Assembly: GCA_965657355.1 (NCBI GenBank)
Contig: CBFHOE010000002.1
Coordinates: 256,001-320,000, forward strand
DNA: 64,000 bases
DNA from: Limisphaerales bacterium
GTDB taxonomy: Bacteria > Verrucomicrobiota > Verrucomicrobiia > Limisphaerales > JAJOIW01
Direction of reading: 5' to 3'
The notes beneath the pieces are model-generated. The model did not search any database, was not told the origin of the DNA, and saw nothing but the letters and a program-made list of their open reading frames with translations. The translations under genes and the position numbers were made by a program. Below, piece after piece: positions 35,323-45,793 of the stretch; position 1 is the first letter of the stretch; every line of letters begins with the position of its first letter.

Positions 35323-35964
35323 TTAGTCTGACTTTTTACTTTCCTCAGAGTCATCTGAGGAAACATCAGAACTTGAATCTTCTTCCTGCTGGACGGTTTC
35401 CTCACTCGGTGTGGATTCCTCATCACTCGGAGCATCCGCTGCTTCCACAACAGGTGGCTCCTCTTTGGTGACTACCTCAGCTTCGGCAATTGCCGGCTCT
35501 GTAGCCTGAGTGACAGTATCAGCTTTTGTTTCACCCCCAGGAGCTCCGCCTTCAACCCACATCAAAATGGCCTGTTCACCCGCATCACCACGCCTCTTTT
35601 CTGCGAGACGAACTATGCGAGTGTAACCACCGTTTCTATCTTTGAACTGGGGTCCAAGCTCTTCAAACAGGATACGAATAACATCATGATGCATTCTGTA
35701 TGCCTTTTTGTGATCCTTGGTTTTATGGTCGTAAGGGTTGCGTGACTGGTATTGTAGTCTGGCTGATGCAAGCCTCCGGTCATTTAAAGAACCTTTTTTG
35801 GCTAATGTAACCATTTTCTCGGCCACCGGGGCAACAGCCTTGGCTTTGGCCAAAGTAGTTGTGACCCTTTTGTTCTTTATGAGACTCTTGACGAGATTTG
35901 CCATCATGGCGTTCCTGTGGGAACCATTTCGTCCGAGTTTTGCATTTCTTAGTCGGTGTCTCAT
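35323..35964 (-). CDS. rplQ: 50S ribosomal protein L17 with internal insertion and acidic tail
   Basis: MRHR..KLGR..HRNAM, TTLAKAK, RNGGYTRI, RRGDAG. Confidence 0.97.
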   Translation of the reverse strand: MRHRLRNAKLGRNGSHRNAMMANLVKSLIKNKRVTTTLAKAKAVAPVAEKMVTLAKKGSLNDRRLASARLQYQSRNPYDHKTKDHKKAYRMHHDVIRILFEELGPQFKDRNGGYTRIVRLAEKRRGDAGEQAILMWVEGGAPGGETKADTVTQATEPAIAEAEVVTKEEPPVVEAADAPSDEESTPSEETVQQEEDSSSDVSSDDSEESKKSD

Positions 35965-35998
35965 GTGCTTATGTCGCTTAAATTTTTAATTCTTTTAC

Positions 35999-37009
35999 TT
36001 ATTCAGATGCGGGAGAGTCCAAAAGTGATGGATCTATTTTCTGCCCTAGAGAAAGACCGAGGCTGTGAAGCTTGTCTTTAATTTCGTTGAGTGATTTTTT
36101 GCCGAAGTTCCGGTATTTCAACATTTCAGCTTCGGTCTTACTTGCCAATTGACCTACCGTTGTGATGTTGGCATTGTTCAAGCAGTTTGCGGCTCTTACG
36201 GAAAGCTCGATCTCATTGACGCTCATATTCAAGAGCTTCTTGAGCTTGTTATGTTCCTCGTCTTTCTTATCTTCAACTTCTTCAAATTCAACCGCATCTT
36301 TATCGTAGCCAACGAACACTTGCAAGTGGTGTTGCAAAATAGCTGAGGCTCTTGTTAATGCGTCGTCAGGAGATAATCTCCCGTCCGTCCAAACTTCAAG
36401 GATAAGTCTGTCATAGTCCGTTCTTTGACCGACCCGAGCATTCTCAACGCCGTATCTCACCCTCCTGACGGGTGAAAAGATTGAATCGATTGCTATTTCA
36501 CCGATAGGCTGGTCAGCCTTTTTATTTGCATCGCCAGGTAGGAAGCCCCTGCCTATCCGGACTTCAAATTCCATCTCGAACTTTCTATGAGAGTCGAGGT
36601 GACAAATGACATGGTCTTTATTGACGACATCCACAATATGAGTTTCCTGAATGTCACCAGCAGTTACAGCACCTTCTTTTTCAACGGAAAGAAGAAGTTT
36701 CTGCGGTTCTCTTTGCTCGTCGGATTTATATTTGAGCAGAACCTTTTTCAAGTTGAGGATAATCTCTGTCATATCCTCAACGACGCCATCGACTGCTGTG
36801 AACTCGTGCATCGCGCCATCGACCTTAATTGTGGTGATTGCAGCGCCCTCTAATGATGAGAGAAGAACACGCCTTAAGGAGTTTCCGATGGTGTGACCAT
36901 AGCCGGTCTCAAATGGCTCAGCTACAAATTTAGCGTAGGTGTCAGTAGACACTTGATCATCTTTCATCAAGCGCCTCGGTAATTCAAAACGTCCTAATCT
37001 TACTGGCAT
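35999..37009 (-). CDS. rpoA: RNA polymerase subunit alpha
   Basis: EPFETGYGHTIGNSLRRVLLSS, ELSVRAANCL, NFGKKSLNEI. Confidence 0.99.
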   Translation of the reverse strand: MPVRLGRFELPRRLMKDDQVSTDTYAKFVAEPFETGYGHTIGNSLRRVLLSSLEGAAITTIKVDGAMHEFTAVDGVVEDMTEIILNLKKVLLKYKSDEQREPQKLLLSVEKEGAVTAGDIQETHIVDVVNKDHVICHLDSHRKFEMEFEVRIGRGFLPGDANKKADQPIGEIAIDSIFSPVRRVRYGVENARVGQRTDYDRLILEVWTDGRLSPDDALTRASAILQHHLQVFVGYDKDAVEFEEVEDKKDEEHNKLKKLLNMSVNEIELSVRAANCLNNANITTVGQLASKTEAEMLKYRNFGKKSLNEIKDKLHSLGLSLGQKIDPSLLDSPASE

Positions 37010-37101
37010 ACTTTTATGGTTGTGAATTTAAACTGAGACAAATCGGATGAGTAAAAGCCGGTGTTACCCACTCCCTCGACGAGCCTCCATATATTCACTA
37101 A

Positions 37102-37710
37102 TTAACGGGAATAGAATTCGATAACGGCTTGCTCATTGGCAACAGGCTGAATTTCCTTCAATGTTGGTATTCTGACCAGACTGCCTTTGAAAGTTTCTTT
37201 GTTCCGTGAGACCCAATCAGGAATGGCTCGGCTAGTGGAAGATTCTATGCCTCTCGTTGCTAGCTGTTTGGAAACAGTAGAGTCTTTGATTTCGATCTCA
37301 TCACCGACTTTTACTGCGTAACTAGAAACGTCAACACGAGTTCCGTTGACCTTGACATGCCCGTGACTCACCATTTGTCTCGCGGCGCGGCGTGTGACAG
37401 CGAAGCCGACATGGTAGATGATGCTATCTAGTCGTGTTTCCAATATCTGAAGCATGACTTCCCCTGTGACCCCCGGCATATTTTTGGCCTTTTCATAAGC
37501 AGCTCTAAACTGTTTTTCCAAGACGCCATAGTAGTAGCGGAACTTTTGCTTTTCCATCAAACCGAGCGCGTAGTCAGAATGCTTCCTACGGGAGCGAGGT
37601 CCGTGCGTTCCAGGTGGATAAGCTTTACGCTCTAGGTATTTCGAAGGTCCGTAGATGGGCGTGCCAAATCGACGGCTTATTCTTTGTTTTGGTCCGGTAT
37701 ATCGTGCCAT
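37102..37710 (-). CDS. rpsD: 30S ribosomal protein S4 (no Zn-ribbon cysteines)
   Basis: MARYTGP, EKQK.R.YYG, LETRLD, ARQMVSHGH, IEFYSR. Confidence 0.98.
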   Translation of the reverse strand: MARYTGPKQRISRRFGTPIYGPSKYLERKAYPPGTHGPRSRRKHSDYALGLMEKQKFRYYYGVLEKQFRAAYEKAKNMPGVTGEVMLQILETRLDSIIYHVGFAVTRRAARQMVSHGHVKVNGTRVDVSSYAVKVGDEIEIKDSTVSKQLATRGIESSTSRAIPDWVSRNKETFKGSLVRIPTLKEIQPVANEQAVIEFYSR

Positions 37711-37726
37711 TGTGGGATAAAATTAA

Positions 37727-38320
37727 TTATACTCTACGCTTCTTACGTGGCCGGCACCCATTGTGAGGAACCGGAGTGACATCTTTAATTGAAGTTATTT
37801 CAAATCCGACAGCTTGGAGAGCCCTAATAGCCGATTCTCGTCCAGAACCCGGACCTTTGACCCGAACTTCAACCTGTTTAAGGCCGTGAGACATTGCAGA
37901 GCGAGCAGCGTCTTGTGCGACCTGTTGCGCTGCAAAAGCAGTGGATTTTCTTGACCCTTTGAAGCCCGCTTTACCAGCACTAGACCATGCTATGGTGTTG
38001 CCTTGCATGTCAGATATTGTGACGAGCGTGTTGTTGAAAGTAGCAGAAATTGTAACAATACCACTGGTAATGTTTTTAGAGCCTTTGGCCTTGACGACCT
38101 TAACTGGCTGAACTTCTGCGCCTAAGAGCTCTGAAGACGTGGGGGCCGTTCCCGCAACGAGACCTCCTGATTCAGATGTCTTCTCACCTTTTGCAGGTTT
38201 CTCTTCCTTCTTCGCAGGTTCTTTTTTCTCGGCTTGCTCTTTAGCAATGGGAGCCTCAGCTGCCGGTGGTTCCGGAGCAGCCTCTGGTTTAGGTTCTGGG
38301 TTTGTATTTTCTTCAGCCAT
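37727..38320 (-). CDS. rpsK: 30S ribosomal protein S11 with long N-terminal extension
   Basis: [40 protein letters not shown]. Confidence 0.98.
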   Translation of the reverse strand: MAEENTNPEPKPEAAPEPPAAEAPIAKEQAEKKEPAKKEEKPAKGEKTSESGGLVAGTAPTSSELLGAEVQPVKVVKAKGSKNITSGIVTISATFNNTLVTISDMQGNTIAWSSAGKAGFKGSRKSTAFAAQQVAQDAARSAMSHGLKQVEVRVKGPGSGRESAIRALQAVGFEITSIKDVTPVPHNGCRPRKKRRV

Positions 38321-38364
38321 AACTGGAGATCAAAAAATCAATTTGTTTATAATGGGTTAATATT

Positions 38365-38736
38365 TTATTTGCGTTTAATGCCGACAGTTTTTCTCTTACC
38401 TTTTCTTGTTCTGGCATTAGTGGAAGTTCTTTGACCCCTAGCAGGTAAACTTCTAATGTGTCTCCAGCCTCGATAGCACTTAATGGCCTGAAGACGCTTC
38501 AGGTTCATAGCAATATCACGCCTTAGGTCACCTTCGATGATATACTGACCCTTCTGGATGGTCTGAGTTATTTTTGCTAATTGCTGTTCATCCAATTCAC
38601 GCGCACGAAGATTAGGATCCACGCCTGAGGCTTCGAGAATCTCTTCAGAGATCTTCGGTCCTATGCCATAGATATAACGCAAAGCGAAACCAATTTTTTT
38701 CCTATCAGGAATTTCTACACCAATGATACGAGCCAT
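38365..38736 (-). CDS. rpsM: 30S ribosomal protein S13
   Basis: IYGIG, EGDLRR, CYRGWRH, RGQRTSTNARTRKG. Confidence 0.99.
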   Translation of the reverse strand: MARIIGVEIPDRKKIGFALRYIYGIGPKISEEILEASGVDPNLRARELDEQQLAKITQTIQKGQYIIEGDLRRDIAMNLKRLQAIKCYRGWRHIRSLPARGQRTSTNARTRKGKRKTVGIKRK

Positions 38737-38754
38737 TTTCTTATGTTTTTAAAT

Positions 38755-38868
38755 CTAGCCTTGTCTTTGCTTGTGACGCGGGTTTTTACAAACAACACGA
38801 ACTATCCCTCTCCGCCGGATGATTCGGCAGTTTTCGCAAAGCCTCTTAATGGATGCACGAACTTTCAT
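38755..38868 (-). CDS. rpmJ: 50S ribosomal protein L36 (Zn-binding C+ type); not in ORF track
   Basis: Manual translation [37 protein letters not shown]. Confidence 0.98.
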   Translation of the reverse strand: MKVRASIKRLCENCRIIRRRGIVRVVCKNPRHKQRQG

Positions 38869-38887
38869 TTTTAAACGAGTCGGTTAT

Positions 38888-39667
38888 CTAAACAGAACCT
38901 TCAGGCACTGTCAATGTCTCAGGATCACCCTGAGTAATTAAAATTGTATGCTCAAAGTGAGCCGATGGTTTCCTGTCTTTTGCAAGGACTGTCCAACCAT
39001 CTTCCATAAATTGAACCTCGGGCGTTCCGGCATTGACCATCGGCTCAATCGCCAGTGTCATCCCCGGCTTCAATACCGGTGATCGACTACCGTCCGCAAA
39101 GTTCGGTACTTGAGGCGGTTCGTGGAGTTTCCTCCCGACACCATGCCCCACAAATTCTTTAACAATGTGGAATCCATGGGATTCCACCCAATCTTGTATG
39201 GCACCCGATATTTCTGATAATCGGTTGCCTGCACGGGCTTTTTCGATACCCTTCTGCAAGGATGTTTTTGTAACGTCCAACAGATTTTGATTTTCTATTG
39301 AGCATCCACCAACGGGCACTGTTCGGGCATTGTCCCCAATGAACCCATTGAAGACGACGCCGACGTCCAAGCTCACAATGTCCCCGTGTTCCAAAACCCT
39401 CTTTGACGCTAATCCGTGTACTATTTCCTCATTGGGGGAAATACATATGTGACATGGGTAAACTCTTCTCCCTTGTCGGTATCCCAAAAAGGCGGACTTC
39501 GTATTGAATTTACGAATTAGCTCAGCTGCATACTGATCGATCTCAAGGGTGGTCACGCCTGGTCGGACGAAGTCGCAAACGAGATCAAGAATCTTCCTGG
39601 CCAATTGACAAGCAGGTCTCATGGCCTCCAGATCTTTTTCAGATTTGAGCTTAGCTTGTCCCTCCAA
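38888..39667 (-). CDS. map: Methionine aminopeptidase type I (likely TTG start at 39667 rather than 39742)
   Basis: CISPNEEIVHG, DVG..GFIGDNART, GHGVG..LHEPP, AIEPM, SAHFEHT. Confidence 0.95.
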   Translation of the reverse strand: MEGQAKLKSEKDLEAMRPACQLARKILDLVCDFVRPGVTTLEIDQYAAELIRKFNTKSAFLGYRQGRRVYPCHICISPNEEIVHGLASKRVLEHGDIVSLDVGVVFNGFIGDNARTVPVGGCSIENQNLLDVTKTSLQKGIEKARAGNRLSEISGAIQDWVESHGFHIVKEFVGHGVGRKLHEPPQVPNFADGSRSPVLKPGMTLAIEPMVNAGTPEVQFMEDGWTVLAKDRKPSAHFEHTILITQGDPETLTVPEGSV

Positions 39668-39713
39668 AATCAGATCAATAAAAGTGGTTAATAAGCAAAG
39701 CCGACAGGAGTGA

Positions 39714-41117
39714 CTAGCTGCGTCCTCTAAGACGAGGGCCACGCCCTGTCCCTTTTCCCTTTTTGGAAAAGCCGTCGTAGTGTCTTTGCATGAGATATGA
39801 CTCTAGTTGTCTTGTTGTATCCAACATGACGCCGACAGTAATCAGGATCGAAGTTCCTCCGAAGAACTGTGATACGGCGAATGGTATTTTTAGACTACTA
39901 GAAAGCATGAGCGGAATAATCGCGATAATTGTCAAAAAGATAGCACCAGCGAGTGTTATCCTGCTCATCGTATTGTGTAAAAAAGTTGTTGTTGGTTTTC
40001 CTGGGCGCACTCCGGGTATGTATCCACCATTTCTTTTCAAATCATCCGATATTTGGATTTCATTGAATTGGGTGGACACCCAAAAATATGAGAAAAACAA
40101 AATCATGAGTGAGTATGTCAGGATGTAAACGAGAGAGCCTGCGCTGAAGGCCCGACCTAAGCTTAGGAAGAATCCTATGTCAAAATTTCTACCAATCGTG
40201 CTAAATAGCTGCTCGGGAAACATCAATATGGCCTGTGCAAAAATGATAGGCATGACTCCGGCCATGTTGACACGGAGAGGCATGTAGGAGGAGCCGCCTG
40301 GAACTACTTTTCTACCCACGCTTCGTTGCGCGTATTGAACTGGAATCTTACGCACGGCCTGGGTTACAGCGATAACGGCAGCCACAACACCAATCAACAG
40401 GGCAACTAAAGCTACAGCGTGCAATAAATGATAGTTTGATGTGGTTCCCTCAGGAGGGAAAAACATATTGTTGAGCTGAGCAAAAGTCATTGGCAATCCA
40501 CTAATGATACCGATAGTAATTACCAAGGAAATACCATTACCAACTCCTCTTTCTGTTATTTGCTCACCAAGCCACAAAAGGAGCATTGTGCCCGCGGTTA
40601 GGAATATAGTCGTCTGAGCGACATATAGAAATTTATTTTGAACGATAACAAGTTGTCCCTCAAAACCATTAAAGAGAGCTCCGGGATTTAACCAACCAAG
40701 GCTCATGACGGCACCTTGTCCAAGACATAAGAGGACAGTCAGGATTCTGGAATACCGCATTATGGTGACTCGACCACCCTCCTCTCTTGATAATTTGCTG
40801 AGCTGAGGAATAACAGCACTCAAGAGCTGGATTATGATCGTAGCCGTGATATACGGCATGATTCCCAAAGACCCAACAGCACATCTAGCTAAAGCACCAC
40901 CCGTGAATACATTAAACAAACCAAGGACATTACCGCTTTGTTGGTTACTCGCCTGTTCCGCTAAGAACTCAGCTAGTTGCGCCCCATCCAAGCCAGGAAT
41001 AGGTATAATAGCGATGAAACGACAGGTGAGAAGCAAAGTTGCCGTGAATATAATCCGCTGCCTTAGCTCTTCAACTTTAAAGCTGTTTCGGAATGTGCTG
41101 AAAATCTGGCCAAACAT
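39714..41117 (-). CDS. secY: Preprotein translocase subunit SecY
   Basis: LGIMPYITATII, WLGEQITERGVGNGISL, AGVMPIIFA, IPGVRPG, GGTSILI. Confidence 0.99.
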   Translation of the reverse strand: MFGQIFSTFRNSFKVEELRQRIIFTATLLLTCRFIAIIPIPGLDGAQLAEFLAEQASNQQSGNVLGLFNVFTGGALARCAVGSLGIMPYITATIIIQLLSAVIPQLSKLSREEGGRVTIMRYSRILTVLLCLGQGAVMSLGWLNPGALFNGFEGQLVIVQNKFLYVAQTTIFLTAGTMLLLWLGEQITERGVGNGISLVITIGIISGLPMTFAQLNNMFFPPEGTTSNYHLLHAVALVALLIGVVAAVIAVTQAVRKIPVQYAQRSVGRKVVPGGSSYMPLRVNMAGVMPIIFAQAILMFPEQLFSTIGRNFDIGFFLSLGRAFSAGSLVYILTYSLMILFFSYFWVSTQFNEIQISDDLKRNGGYIPGVRPGKPTTTFLHNTMSRITLAGAIFLTIIAIIPLMLSSSLKIPFAVSQFFGGTSILITVGVMLDTTRQLESYLMQRHYDGFSKKGKGTGRGPRLRGRS

Positions 41118-41139
41118 GGGTCGTTTTTTTAAATAGTGC

Positions 41140-41589
41140 TCAGTCTAACTTGGTAAAACTACCTCCGGCAGCTTCAATCTGACTCACTGCAGACTGGCTA
41201 GCAGCGTGTGCTTTAATATTAAATTTCTTACTTGTCGAGCCACGAGCAAGGATTTTAATACCGTTATATTGTCCATTAGCCAAACCAGCGGAAATAATGG
41301 CATCGAGATCAATGGATGCGCCATCTTCGAAGTGTTTGTCGAGTTGGCAAATATTCACCGGAGCGAAATATTTGCGATGCATTCCATTGTTAAAGCCGCG
41401 TTTTGGCAATCGACGTATCAGGGGCATCTGACCACCCTCAAAACCAGGCCTGGTTGATCCACCAGATCTGGACATTTGGCCTTTGTGTCCCCTGCCACTT
41501 GTTTTTCCGTGACCACTTCCTTCACCACAGCCAAGACGCTTTCTTCTGTGCCTAGACCCTGGAGCCGGTTTTAAATTGTGTAATCTCAT
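41140..41589 (-). CDS. rplO: 50S ribosomal protein L15
   Basis: GKTSGRGHKGQ, GFEGGQMPLIRRLPKRGF. Confidence 0.99.
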   Translation of the reverse strand: MRLHNLKPAPGSRHRRKRLGCGEGSGHGKTSGRGHKGQMSRSGGSTRPGFEGGQMPLIRRLPKRGFNNGMHRKYFAPVNICQLDKHFEDGASIDLDAIISAGLANGQYNGIKILARGSTSKKFNIKAHAASQSAVSQIEAAGGSFTKLD

Positions 41590-41634
41590 TTTTTTATTCT
41601 TTTTTTATCCTATTTTGATCACAGGTCAGCCAAA

Positions 41635-42303
41635 TCAGGCAGTTGGAGCGCTTTCAGCTTCGCCTTCTTCCTTTGATTCAGAAGCCGGCTCTGCCTGAGC
41701 TGGAGGATCTAGTTTGATTCCTCTTTGACTATAAATTTCTTGTTTCTGACGAAGCTGAAGTAATGCGTGCAGAGATGCCTTGGCAACGTTGGCCGGATTT
41801 CTACTTCCCAGAGATTTAGAAAGGATGTTGCGAATTCCAGCAGATTCCAAAACAGCTCGAACAGTCTTTCCTGCAATAATACCAGTACCTTCGGCAGCAG
41901 GTCTCAAGAGAACTCTTGCTCCGTCAAAATCACAGACCACATCGTGCGGAATGGTCCCTGAAGTTATGGCTACCGACGTCATTTTCTTTCTCGCGACCTC
42001 GTTGCCCTTGCGTATCGCATCTGCAACCTCATTAGCTTTTCCCAGTCCAAGGCCGACTTTGCCATTTTTGTCACCAACGACGACAAGCGCTGAGAAACTG
42101 AAACGGCGGCCCCCTTTTACGACCTTTGAGGAGCGATTAATAAAGATGACCTTTTCCATGATGCCATCATCTTTTTGATTATCACGATCCTGATTGCGAT
42201 TACGTCGTGGACCACGGCGGTTTCCTTGATCACCGCCACGATGACGGCCTCCATTGTTAGAGGAGGGCCTTTGCTGGTTCTGTTGCTGTTGATTTTCTGC
42301 CAC
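41635..42303 (-). CDS. rpsE: 30S ribosomal protein S5 (GTG start; N- and C-terminal extensions)
   Basis: [35 protein letters not shown]. Confidence 0.98.
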   Translation of the reverse strand: MAENQQQQNQQRPSSNNGGRHRGGDQGNRRGPRRNRNQDRDNQKDDGIMEKVIFINRSSKVVKGGRRFSFSALVVVGDKNGKVGLGLGKANEVADAIRKGNEVARKKMTSVAITSGTIPHDVVCDFDGARVLLRPAAEGTGIIAGKTVRAVLESAGIRNILSKSLGSRNPANVAKASLHALLQLRQKQEIYSQRGIKLDPPAQAEPASESKEEGEAESAPTA

Positions 42304-42330
42304 TATTTCAGTCCGTTAAATTAATATTTA

Positions 42331-42696
42331 TTAAAAGTTGAGACCATTTTCTCTTGCTGCTTCAGCAAGGGCCTTTACTTTTCCGTGAAAACGAAATCCG
42401 CCACGATCGAAAATAACTGATTCAATACCTTTTTCTTTGGCTTTCTCAGCTATAACTTTTCCGACGACCGATGCTCCCTCAATATTAGCACCAAGAGGTT
42501 TGTCCTTTGGCAAATCCTTGGAGATCGTGGAACTTGAAACTATCGTTTTTCCAGCTACGTCGTCTATGACTTGGGCGTATATATTCTTTCCAGAAAAGCA
42601 GACAGCCAGTCTTGGACGCTGACTAGTGCCACTGATCTTACGCCTAATCCTGAGGTGGCGCTTTTGCCTAAGCTTGATTTTTTTCTCTACCCTCAT
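42331..42696 (-). CDS. rplR: 50S ribosomal protein L18
   Basis: [29 protein letters not shown]. Confidence 0.99.
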   Translation of the reverse strand: MRVEKKIKLRQKRHLRIRRKISGTSQRPRLAVCFSGKNIYAQVIDDVAGKTIVSSSTISKDLPKDKPLGANIEGASVVGKVIAEKAKEKGIESVIFDRGGFRFHGKVKALAEAARENGLNF

Positions 42697-42769
42697 GGTT
42701 GATTAAATAAAATTCTTAATTGAGTCCTTATTATCTTTGGGATGAATTTTTTAACGAAAGCCGATGGTA

Positions 42770-43309
42770 TTACTGAACTTTTTTACCTTCTTTTCTTCGG
42801 ATAACTTCATCAGAATACCGAACGCCCTTGCCTTTGTATGGCTCCGGAGGATAAAAGGCACGCATTTCGGAAGCGACCTGCCCAACTTTTTGTTTATCCG
42901 GGCCTTCGATTGAAACCACAGTTCCACCTTCTTCTACCTTCACTGTGATTTGTTCTGGTAAGTCGTAAATACACTGATGACTATAACCAAGAGCTAAAAC
43001 GACCTGCTTGCCTTTGAGCTCGGCTTTGAAACCCACACCGGAGATAACGAGTTTCTTTGAAAATCCTTGGTGTACGCCTTGGACCATATTGTTGACCAGG
43101 GCCCTAGTCATGCCGTGAAGCGCTTTTACCTTGGGCTCGTCCGACTTTCGAGTCACTTGGATACTACTTTCCTGCAAGTCCAAATCGATAGGGTCGGTAA
43201 GGTCAAGCGCAAGATTTCCTTTCGGACCAGACGCTTTGATTGTTCTGTGATCAATCTCCACTTTAACGCCTGATGGAATAGCAACCAGTTTCTTTCCTAT
43301 TCTTGACAT
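42770..43309 (-). CDS. rplF: 50S ribosomal protein L6
   Basis: MSRIGK, PPEPYKGKGVRY. Confidence 0.99.
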   Translation of the reverse strand: MSRIGKKLVAIPSGVKVEIDHRTIKASGPKGNLALDLTDPIDLDLQESSIQVTRKSDEPKVKALHGMTRALVNNMVQGVHQGFSKKLVISGVGFKAELKGKQVVLALGYSHQCIYDLPEQITVKVEEGGTVVSIEGPDKQKVGQVASEMRAFYPPEPYKGKGVRYSDEVIRRKEGKKVQ

Positions 43310-43339
43310 GAATCTAAATTCTTTCTGTTTTTTGTTTAA

Positions 43340-43726
43340 TTACCAAACGTAGCAGAGGACTTCTCCACCAGCTTTTAGTCTTTTTGCTTTTTGGCCTTCG
43401 AGGACTCCCTTAGAAGTGCTGACTATGGAAATCCCCATACCTCCAAGCACTCTTGGTATTTCGTTGTGTTTTACGTAGGTCCTTATTCCTGGTCGGCTTA
43501 TTCTTTTCAGGCCAGCTATGACGCCTTGACGCCCTGAATATTTTAAAGATACTTGTATTTCTTTTTTGCTACTTCCCACAACTTTGTAGTCTTTTACATA
43601 CCCTTCGTCTTTGAGGATGTGGGCAATACTCTCTTTAACATTTGAGTGCGGGATGGCCACTTCAGGCAATAATGCCATGGATGCATTCCGGACTCTGGTC
43701 AACATATCTGCGATTGGATCTGTCAT
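43340..43726 (-). CDS. rpsH: 30S ribosomal protein S8
   Basis: TDPIADMLTRVRN, ISRPG, GGEVLCYVW. Confidence 0.99.
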   Translation of the reverse strand: MTDPIADMLTRVRNASMALLPEVAIPHSNVKESIAHILKDEGYVKDYKVVGSSKKEIQVSLKYSGRQGVIAGLKRISRPGIRTYVKHNEIPRVLGGMGISIVSTSKGVLEGQKAKRLKAGGEVLCYVW

Positions 43727-43744
43727 TATCTTCCTTGTTTTTGA

Positions 43745-44014
43745 TTACCAGCTAGATTTCTGCACACCTGGCAACAGTCCCAGATTTCCCATTTCGCGCA
43801 GAGTTATTCTTGAAATACCGAATTTGCGGAAATATCCATGACGACGACCAGTGATCTTGCAGCGATTGACTACTCGCACAGGACTAGCATTTCTTGGGAG
43901 TTTGGTTAATCCCTCATAGTCCGCATTTGCCTTTAATTCCGCGCGTTTTTCCGCATAGCGAGCCACGACGCGCTGACGCTTTTTATTTCTTTCTACCCAG
44001 CTTCTTTTAGCCAT
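43745..44014 (-). CDS. rpsN: 30S ribosomal protein S14, 89-aa zinc-independent (C-) type
   Basis: [36 protein letters not shown]. Confidence 0.98.
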   Translation of the reverse strand: MAKRSWVERNKKRQRVVARYAEKRAELKANADYEGLTKLPRNASPVRVVNRCKITGRRHGYFRKFGISRITLREMGNLGLLPGVQKSSW

Positions 44015-44034
44015 ATCGTTCGTCTTAAATTTAT

Positions 44035-44583
44035 TTAGTTATTCTTTTTCTCGAATGGCATTCCCATAAGTTTTAGTAATTCCAATGCGTCCTCATTATT
44101 GGTGGCACTGGTTACAATGGTAATGTCCATACCTTGTGTTCGTTTTACTTTATCTAACTCGATCTCGGGAAAAATGGATTGATCTGAAATACCGAGAGAA
44201 TAATTACCTCGACCATCAAAGGACTTGAGGCTGATGCCACGAAAGTCTCTGATTCCAGGGAGCGCAGCCGTCACCAATCTGTCGAAAAATTCATACATTG
44301 CTTCGCGTCTCAAAGTCACGCGGCAACCGATAGCCTGGCCTTGTCTTAGTTTGAAGCCAGCGACCGATTTCTTCGCTAGATTAATCACTGGTTTCCGACC
44401 AGTAATAGTCATTAGGTCTTTGGCAGCATCATCCAATGCAGCTTTGTCGTGCTGAGTACCAACCCCCATGTTCACGACTATCTTTGTGATGCGTGGTAAT
44501 GCATGAGGATTTTTAATACCACGTGACTCCGCCAACTTAGGGGTGACTGAGTCCGTGTAATGTGTGTGCATCCGTGGTTTCAT
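44035..44583 (-). CDS. rplE: 50S ribosomal protein L5
   Basis: [25 protein letters not shown]. Confidence 0.99.
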   Translation of the reverse strand: MKPRMHTHYTDSVTPKLAESRGIKNPHALPRITKIVVNMGVGTQHDKAALDDAAKDLMTITGRKPVINLAKKSVAGFKLRQGQAIGCRVTLRREAMYEFFDRLVTAALPGIRDFRGISLKSFDGRGNYSLGISDQSIFPEIELDKVKRTQGMDITIVTSATNNEDALELLKLMGMPFEKKNN

Positions 44584-44615
44584 CTATCGGTTCCTGTATC
44601 TAAAGAGTCTCTTTG

Positions 44616-44882
44616 TTACTGTTCACTTGAGGTCGCTCTCCGAGACGCCTTGTAATTTTCATCGTTCATTAAATTAGAAACATGAATGGTTCCCTCTTTT
44701 TCAACGATAGCCCCTTCAGGGTTTGCCTGAGATTTACGAGTATGTTTTTTAATAATGTTCACGTTTTCCACGATAGCGCGCTCTTTCTTCCAATTTATAT
44801 TTAGGATTTTTCCGCTAGACCCTTTGTGCGCGCCAGCTATGACATGGGCGGTGTCGCCTACTTTAATATGATTTTTAGCCAT
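44616..44882 (-). CDS. rplX: 50S ribosomal protein L24
   Basis: KVGD..VIAG..KG KOW motif, KEGTIHVSNL. Confidence 0.98.
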   Translation of the reverse strand: MAKNHIKVGDTAHVIAGAHKGSSGKILNINWKKERAIVENVNIIKKHTRKSQANPEGAIVEKEGTIHVSNLMNDENYKASRRATSSEQ

Positions 44883-44884
44883 GA

Positions 44885-45250
44885 TCAGATTACCTCAGGT
44901 GCAAGTGATACAATTTTCATAAACCGCTTCTCACGTAATTCTCTGGCAACCGGCCCGAAAATACGTGTTCCCCGCGGATTGTTGTCTTTGTCGATAATGA
45001 CAACCGCATTCGAGTCAAAACGAAGATATGATCCATCGTCTCTTCTGATAGCGCTTTTAGTGCGAACAACGACGGCATTGACAACATCACCTTTCTTGAC
45101 AGTTCCGTCTGGTGAAGCCTCTTTGATATGTGCCTTGATGATGTCACCAACGCGTGCATACCTTTGGTTGCCACCCAATACGTGAATAGTAGCAGCCTTT
45201 TTGGCACCCGTATTGTCGGCGACCTGAATGATGGATCTAAGTTGAAGCAT
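44885..45250 (-). CDS. rplN: 50S ribosomal protein L14
   Basis: [27 protein letters not shown]. Confidence 0.99.
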   Translation of the reverse strand: MLQLRSIIQVADNTGAKKAATIHVLGGNQRYARVGDIIKAHIKEASPDGTVKKGDVVNAVVVRTKSAIRRDDGSYLRFDSNAVVIIDKDNNPRGTRIFGPVARELREKRFMKIVSLAPEVI

Positions 45251-45284
45251 GAGTCAAAAGTGGTTTGGTTAGTGCTTAAAATTT

Positions 45285-45566
45285 CTATTTCTCAGCTGTG
45301 GCACGAACAACTTTTTCAACGCGCCAACGCTTTAGTTTTGAAAGTGGTCTGGTCTCAACAAGCTTCACGACGTCTCCGATGTTTAACGAGTTTTCAGGGT
45401 CGTGGGCATAGTAATGCTTATAAGATTTAACAACCTTGCGAAAATGTGGATGGGCGTAACGGCGAGTCACCCGGACAACAACAGTTTTGTCCATTTTGTT
45501 GGAGACTACCTCTCCGATTCTGAATTTTCTGAGGTTGCGTAATACCTTCTGATTGTCTTCGCTCAT
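45285..45566 (-). CDS. rpsQ: 30S ribosomal protein S17
   Basis: [22 protein letters not shown]. Confidence 0.99.
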   Translation of the reverse strand: MSEDNQKVLRNLRKFRIGEVVSNKMDKTVVVRVTRRYAHPHFRKVVKSYKHYYAHDPENSLNIGDVVKLVETRPLSKLKRWRVEKVVRATAEK

Positions 45567-45575
45567 TATGATAAA

Positions 45576-45770
45576 TTATTGTCCGGCTTTGAGGGCGGTG
45601 AGTTGGGTTTCGAGTCTTGCGATATCGCGTCGTATATTGCGAATAGCTGATGGCTTTTCAAGCCGGGCGCTCGCCTTCTGTAATTGCAGGTTGAAGAGTT
45701 CTTTTCTTAAGTCTCTCGTTTTTGCGACAATGTCGGTTTGGGTCATATCCCGAATCTCACTCATCTTCAT
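45576..45770 (-). CDS. rpmC: 50S ribosomal protein L29
   Basis: ELFNL..IRNIRRDIARLET; position between rplP and rpsQ. Confidence 0.97.
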   Translation of the reverse strand: MKMSEIRDMTQTDIVAKTRDLRKELFNLQLQKASARLEKPSAIRNIRRDIARLETQLTALKAGQ

Positions 45771-45793
45771 ATGTTAAAATCCTCTTAATTTAG

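Noticed and set aside
39668..39742. N-terminal extension of Map overlapping secY
   Set aside because: Non-homologous sequence; TTG at 39667 gives a normal-length Map
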